The notes beneath the pieces are model-generated. The model was not told the origin of the DNA. It was given only the letters and a program-made list of their open reading frames with translations, and did no database searches. From Flaccisagitta enflata (taxonomy: Eukaryota): a stretch of DNA of 64,000 bases. The stretch is taken from NCBI GenBank assembly GCA_965153355.1, contig OZ231126.1, positions 682,001 through 746,000 of the forward strand, read 5' to 3'. The translations under genes and the position numbers were made by a program. Below are positions 57,696 through 64,000 of this stretch, piece by piece. Each line of letters starts with the position of its first letter. Position 1 is the first letter of the stretch.

Positions 57696-58482
57696 CTACA
57701 TATGTTGGATAAATCATAAGATAACATCATTGAGCTAATTCCCTATGTCAACTTAACATGTGTATAAAGTTTCATTATAAACTTTAAAGGAAAGGGCAAG
57801 ATATTAGGCAAAATGTTCTGAGCAACTTTATGCAAATGATATATATATGATATAACAGTTATATTCTGAAAAACTTTTACCGACCGCCCGGCCCAAAAAA
57901 AATTTCAGTTTCATCAATAAAACTGTTATGTTTGAGGAAACTTTAACTTTGTAAAAAAAGCCATTTTTTTTCAGTCTTTTTCGCCAATATAATAAATATA
58001 TAATTGAAAAACTTTTTTTTTTCTCGGAGGCATTTTTTTATGTTTTTTGCCAATTATAATAGTTATATATGTACACGATTTTTTCGATTTTTGAAAAAAA
58101 GATATTTTTCTCTCGACACATGCACTGCAAGCCAACCTGAAACTTTCCCAGTGGTAAAAAAGGCCGCACAACCTTTTAAGAGGAAACTAGTGGTCGTGTT
58201 GTTTGTGTAATTGTTATATTTTTTGTTAATGTGCTTTTTATAATCGGAAAGAATAGATTTATCGACTCCAATAACCTCCTCTATGTCATTCCCGTTGTTG
58301 CTATGTTTCTGCGTTTTTTTTTTTCGATGTTTTCGGAAGTGCCGGTATAATTCTGTATAATTTCGCTGAAAATCGCCTTGGGGATGAATGTAATAATTAT
58401 ATAAAATCGCAAGTATAATAAGCGCCCCATTAGATATAATTTTCATGATAATTATTAGATTTCGAATTTTTTTTTTTGAGTG
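57019..58482. mobile_element. TIR element with CAC...GTG ends and TA flanks, nested in other repeats
   Basis: CACTCAAAAA / TTTTTGAGTG ends; subterminal inverted GGGGCGCTTATTATACTTG (about 57072-57090 and 58410-58428). Confidence 0.8.
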
Positions 58483-59123
58483 TACTATGATAACAATTGT
58501 TTGCAAAGAAAATTATCAAAAATAAGCACTATGAATTGTATGTAAAATTTCTTTTTAATATTTTTTCATAAAAAATACAACATTTTTTCATAATCTTTTA
58601 TGTCATGATGATAAAACAATGACAATCAAGTTTTAATGGTCAAAAATATCCAGCCCTTTCAAGACCATTATCCCGAGGTCCCGCTGTATCTCAAGCATAA
58701 TCAGCCATCTCAGACCCCCTTACTTCTTCCCCGGACATATGGAAATTCACCACTGTGTTCTTCAGGACATCAGTCTTTTAAGGCCGCTGCCCTGTCCTCA
58801 CGTCACCTCACGACCTCATCACCCCAAGCAGGGCAACGGGTACCGCTGACCATGTGTGATCCATGGATAACTTGTTAATCGATGTTGCAATGATGATCTT
58901 TTTCTTAAACTTCGCTCATCTTACCCCCCCCCCCCACCAAACTGAACCTTCAGCTGGTCACCAATCACTCATTTTATCCGATCGGTCTTTCTTGTTAGTC
59001 GCGGAAAAGCGACACAAAAAATCACTTTTCGGTTGGTAGGTCGGTCAGTGTTATAACTATTTTCCGTGATTTTTATCTTCTGCCCACCTATGTAAAATCT
59101 GTCTCTATGTCTGTCTGTCTCTA

Positions 59124-59170
<47 letters not shown>

Positions 59171-59176
59171 GTGTGT

Positions 59177-59271
<95 letters not shown>

Positions 59272-59281
59272 ATTCAGTTTA

Positions 59282-60786
59282 CACTTATTTTTTTTTTATA
59301 AGCACCTCGTTTATAAGCACGCCCAGCCTCAGATATTGGGAAAATTTAAGCACATTGCTGAGCACGCTCCAGGCTGAGATTTTCAATTTGAAAAAAAAAA
59401 ATTTGGGTAAATTTTGAAAAATATACTAATTTCTAGATGTTTTTTATTGGAATTTTACAAAAGCCAATAGAAACTTTGATAGAAATTGTAATTATTTATA
59501 ATATCAATCTATCAGTATATTCAGGATTTTGATACTAATAGATATAATTCAATTTTTAATGATATTTAAGAATATTTTTGGTAAGATAAGAATTTATTGC
59601 TGCATCAAGGACCACCAAAAAAGAAGTAATATATCATGATATTAAATGATATAAAAAGTCTAAAAACTGTTTATATCAAATCAAGATACTAGTCTCATCT
59701 CATATATAAAATTAAGACAACATCAGTGAATGATACTGTATATTTTTTCATATAAAATACAGTGGAATCCCACCTTAGTGGCACCTCTATTTAAGGGATA
59801 TCCCTATTTAAGAGACAACACTTTCTGGTCCCAAATTTTTTCAGGTTTTTCCAATGTTAAAAAACCTCTATTTAAGGAATCTCCATTTAAGGGATATTCG
59901 GATTTAAGAAACAAGTTTTTGAAAATATCCCTTATATCAGGGGAAATTTTTGGGAAAATTTTATGGATTTTGCAAAAAAAGTCTTGATTTTGAGACAATT
60001 TTCAAGAAACAAGAAAAAAATTATTGCAAAATGATGAAATGTACCATGAATATCCTGCAATGAACTTATTTATTCATTGTTGATAAACATACTTAAAGCA
60101 AAAGGATGTGGTTACACTATGAATTTGGTAATCCTTACTAATTAATTGAAATTTGGTAATCCTTACTAACTAATTGAAAATCTTTAACAAAACACAAGGA
60201 AACTTTAACAGACATTTGCGCCAGTGCGCTACTTGCCCTAGCAGTTACAAGGGCTACTTTTCTCCCTTCATATTAAGTAGAAACTTAAACTTCATCTGCA
60301 CTTTTCTATAGGTGCAAATGCGCTAATGCGCTAATGCGCTAGGAAATGCGCTATGTAATGCGCTAATGTGATTCCCCTAGCCATTTACTGCGCCTAATTT
60401 CTGAAAACAGTATCAGCATTTTCAAGAGCTTTAACTTTTTGGAGAAGTCGAGACTCAAAGGCAATGAATCTAGTCTTTAGTAAGCAGAGAGAAGCATGGT
60501 TGTGTATGTCTGTCAGTGCTAGTCTTTTTCTGTCATTTTTTGTTATGAATCTTTTCTGTCTTTTTTTGCAATTATGTCTCTTTTTACATTTTTTTCTCTC
60601 TGTAAGACCTCAAAGCTGTAATTCTGTTTTTGTATTTGTCTGTAAGTCTGTCTGTCTGTATGTCTGTGCCTCTCTGTCTGAAATCAGAATATGTGTGTTT
60701 GTCTGTCTGCTTGCTTTTCTCTCTCTTTAGTTCTTTCTTTTTTTTTCTTTTTTTTTCCATCTTTTTTTACCTTTCTTTCTTTTTTT

Positions 60787-60874
<88 letters not shown>

Positions 60875-60953
60875 TTCTTTCTTTCTTTCTTTCTTTTTCT
60901 TTCTCTCTTTCTCTCTTTCTCTCTTTCTCTCTTTCTCTTTCTCTCTTTCTCTC

Positions 60954-61029
<76 letters not shown>

Positions 61030-61686
61030 TCTCCCTTTAGCTCTCACGCATGCACAAACACACACTCATACACGCATAAACTGACACAAGCGCACTCCTA
61101 TGAGCTTGTTCAACTCAGTCCATGAAGTCTTAACCCTTAAAAAAATGTTTCTACTGTTCTGGGGCAGAGAGCAACCAGGAAATGAACTTGGGCTAATGCG
61201 CTTATGTCTTGGTGCGCGAATGCGCTAAGAAAACTAACTGCGCCTAAGATAGCATGTTTGCAAAAGCCAGAATGTAACTAGGGCAATGAGGCCAGAAACA
61301 CACCAGCGCTGGTGAAGGAGGCCCCTAGCGCAAATGTCCATTGCGCCAATGGGGGAAGTTTCTTTGTGCAAAATGATGAATTCAATTTAAGAGATTTCGG
61401 ATTTAAGAGACAAAAATAGTCAGTCCCTAAAAATCCCTTAAACCGAGGTCCCACTGTACATTCATTACGTACTGTATTATATACTATAATTGATTCTATA
61501 CTATAAACACTCTGCATTACTGTTTTCTATACCCTACTGTATACTTTGTTCTAGACTGAATAGGATAATTACTTACTGATAATTGATAAGCACGCATTTA
61601 AGCACATTTCAGCCTCGAAAATGAGATTTTGCTAAGCACGCTCAGCCTCAGCCGAAAAATTAGCGTGCTTATAAAAAAAAAAAGTG
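59282..61686. mobile_element. TIR element with CAC...GTG ends and TA flanks; contains a Tc1-like MITE (59760-61456), which contains a further inverted-repeat element (about 60207-61342)
   Basis: CACTT-Tn-ATAAGCAC / GTGCTTAT-An-GTG; inner TA|CAGTGG...CCACTG|TA; innermost GACATTTGCGC / GCGCAAATGTC. Confidence 0.75.
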
Positions 61687-62519
61687 TATTTCTTTTTCTT
61701 ACCCTTCCTCATTCATTTTATAAATTTTTTTTTCTAGCTTTTTGTTTCTTTCGATTTGATGTGTATAAGTGGAAGCGGCAGCTTTCAGCGCTTCCACTAC
61801 CATTGCCCTCGGTTTTAATTCCACTTTCGCTTCCATTGAATCTTTAATATCCACTTCCGCTTGCGTTTCGACTTCCATAAAGATTCAGAAATGCGCTTCC
61901 GATTCCACTCCTTGAAATCAAGACCTGCCTCTCGTTCTCACGGCGAATTTCCTTGCATTCAACCTCGTCGATGCCCCGATTTAGCGAAAATCCTGTCCTC
62001 TCTTGATCTCACCATCTAAGAAGTGTCTTTGGCACCCCCAAACGACAACGTTTTTGGTAAAGAGGTGGTGATGAGAGTGTGATTTGGAGGTGATAGATAC
62101 CTATCAGTAGCGCATACGCAACTCTACAACCCGCTTCGTCCGTTGATCTATTGGTTCGTAGGTCCATCGATCGATCTTTACTTTTCTTACTTTTTTTTTA
62201 TGCGTTTACATTACTGTTCCTGCCCAAAGGCATGGTGAACCTTTTTTATCACTGCCCCAGCGTAACAACGCGCGACTTGGGTAGCCGTATATCCTCAAAA
62301 ATCTTACAACTGGATGAGATCATGAGAACCGTTTCCTTTTGAAACTTCAGCGTGGCGCTCAATGATGCATTTGCAAAGAGAGTTGACTAACCCACTTCGG
62401 TAAAACAGAAGAGAGAGATGAGAGGAGTTCGGTGGGAAGACTCGTCGTCGTTGTTGTTGTGGTCACAGCAACAAACAGCACACCCGTTTACCAAGATATT
62501 AGTCACTTATGTAAACAAG

Positions 62520-62611
<92 letters not shown>

Positions 62612-62641
62612 ATTGTTGTTGTTGTTGTTGTTGTTGATGTT

Positions 62642-62711
<70 letters not shown>

Positions 62712-62862
62712 TTATTGACTTGTTTCTGAGGTTGTTGTTGCTTTTATTATCGACATAGATTTAGCCTTAGACCCCTTAGTAAAATTTTTTTAGATGTGTC
62801 CTACAAGAGGAACAAACAGCACACCCGTTTACCATTATATTAGTCACTTATGTAAACAAGTC

Positions 62863-62949
<87 letters not shown>

Positions 62950-64000
62950 ATTGTTGTCGTTGTTAATGTTGTTGTTGTGGTTTGTAGTTGTTGGTGTTGT
63001 TTTCTTTTTTTTATTCTAAAAAGAAATGTAAGCTTGGACATGGAACTTTATGAGCGGCTTTGTCTTTCCGTTTTTAGTCGCGTGCACGCGACTCTACAAC
63101 CTGCTCTGTCCGTCCGTCTGTCTGTCTGTCGGTCGGTCGGTCGCTCACACTTTGCTTTTTTTCACCGCCCCTGCCCACCCGCACTACGTGTGCCAGAGTG
63201 CCGAAAACGGGCAAAACTGCCTTTCCCCTGACGATCATCTGATTCCTTTGCAGAAGTCCTTTTGAATGAGCCCTTGCGCGACTTTCAATTTGATCGGGAA
63301 CCATGGTTAGGATGAGGCTAAAGTTTACATTAAATTAACATTGGAATCAATATTTCTATTGTGCAAATTTTGTCGCTACCTTTAGGTTTCTATGGAAACT
63401 TCAGGGTCACCCTAACGATGGTTCCCGATCGATTTGAATGTCGCGCAATGGCTCATTTTACAGCATTTGAGCAAAGGAAACGGGTTTTTGTCAGGGCAAA
63501 GCCAATTTTGGCCAATTGCGGCACTCTGGCATGCGAAACCCGCATGCGACAAAGGTAGCCGTGTATCCGGCCTTGTTCCTCTTACGATCCGTCCATTGAT
63601 CAGTTCGGGACATTTTCCCACGCCACTTTTCGATCGGTCTGTTGCTTAGTCTATCGGTCGGTCCGTCACCCGGCCAGATTTTTCAATTCAGTTTTTTTTT
63701 TCAATACCTTTTTTCGAATACTAATCGATTTAATACGCGATTTTAGGCTTTCATGAGTTCTTATTTCGACCTCGGAGCACTAATTAATACAATCTGGCCT
63801 GACTGAAATCACAATCCATGTCAGTACTTTATGATGAAGACGTTTCACACCTATCTATCCCGCATCTATATTCAAAAATAAAATCAAGAATCATTCCTTT
63901 ACGAATGAACAAAAAATTAATTTTGACGGTATTTCAAAGGGTCAAATCCGGGTGAAATGCTTTGTGTCCTGATTCGTCGAGGACTCAATGAGTCGAAGTC

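Overview
AT-rich, very repeat-dense animal genomic DNA with spliceosomal introns and a 10-N assembly gap at 24643-24652. Most ORFs in the supplied track are microsatellite or transposon artefacts. Manual exon stitching (splice sites plus phase continuity) supports two convergent multi-exon genes. (1) Plus strand, 8117 to at least 23057: a secreted astacin (M12A) metalloprotease-like gene with signal peptide, propeptide, SIMHY Met-turn, a Cys-rich module and two ShKT/PLAC-like modules. No exon carrying the HExxHxxGxxH zinc motif is visible. (2) Minus strand, 55232 to at least 38804: nine phase-compatible exons encoding an acidic N-terminus, a three-segment hydrophobic membrane module (CD225/dispanin- or DUF4190-like pattern) and then the N-terminal part of a perivitellin-2-67kDa-type MACPF pore-forming domain. 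This apparent fusion is the most interesting item. Between the genes lie a 3' LINE fragment and a decayed BEL/Pao LTR retrotransposon interrupted by a hAT-type insertion. The rest is several families of Helentron/DINE-1-like elements (some with kb-scale internal satellite arrays), many TIR MITEs (often nested) and microsatellites. All family assignments come from motif recognition by eye; no database search was run.
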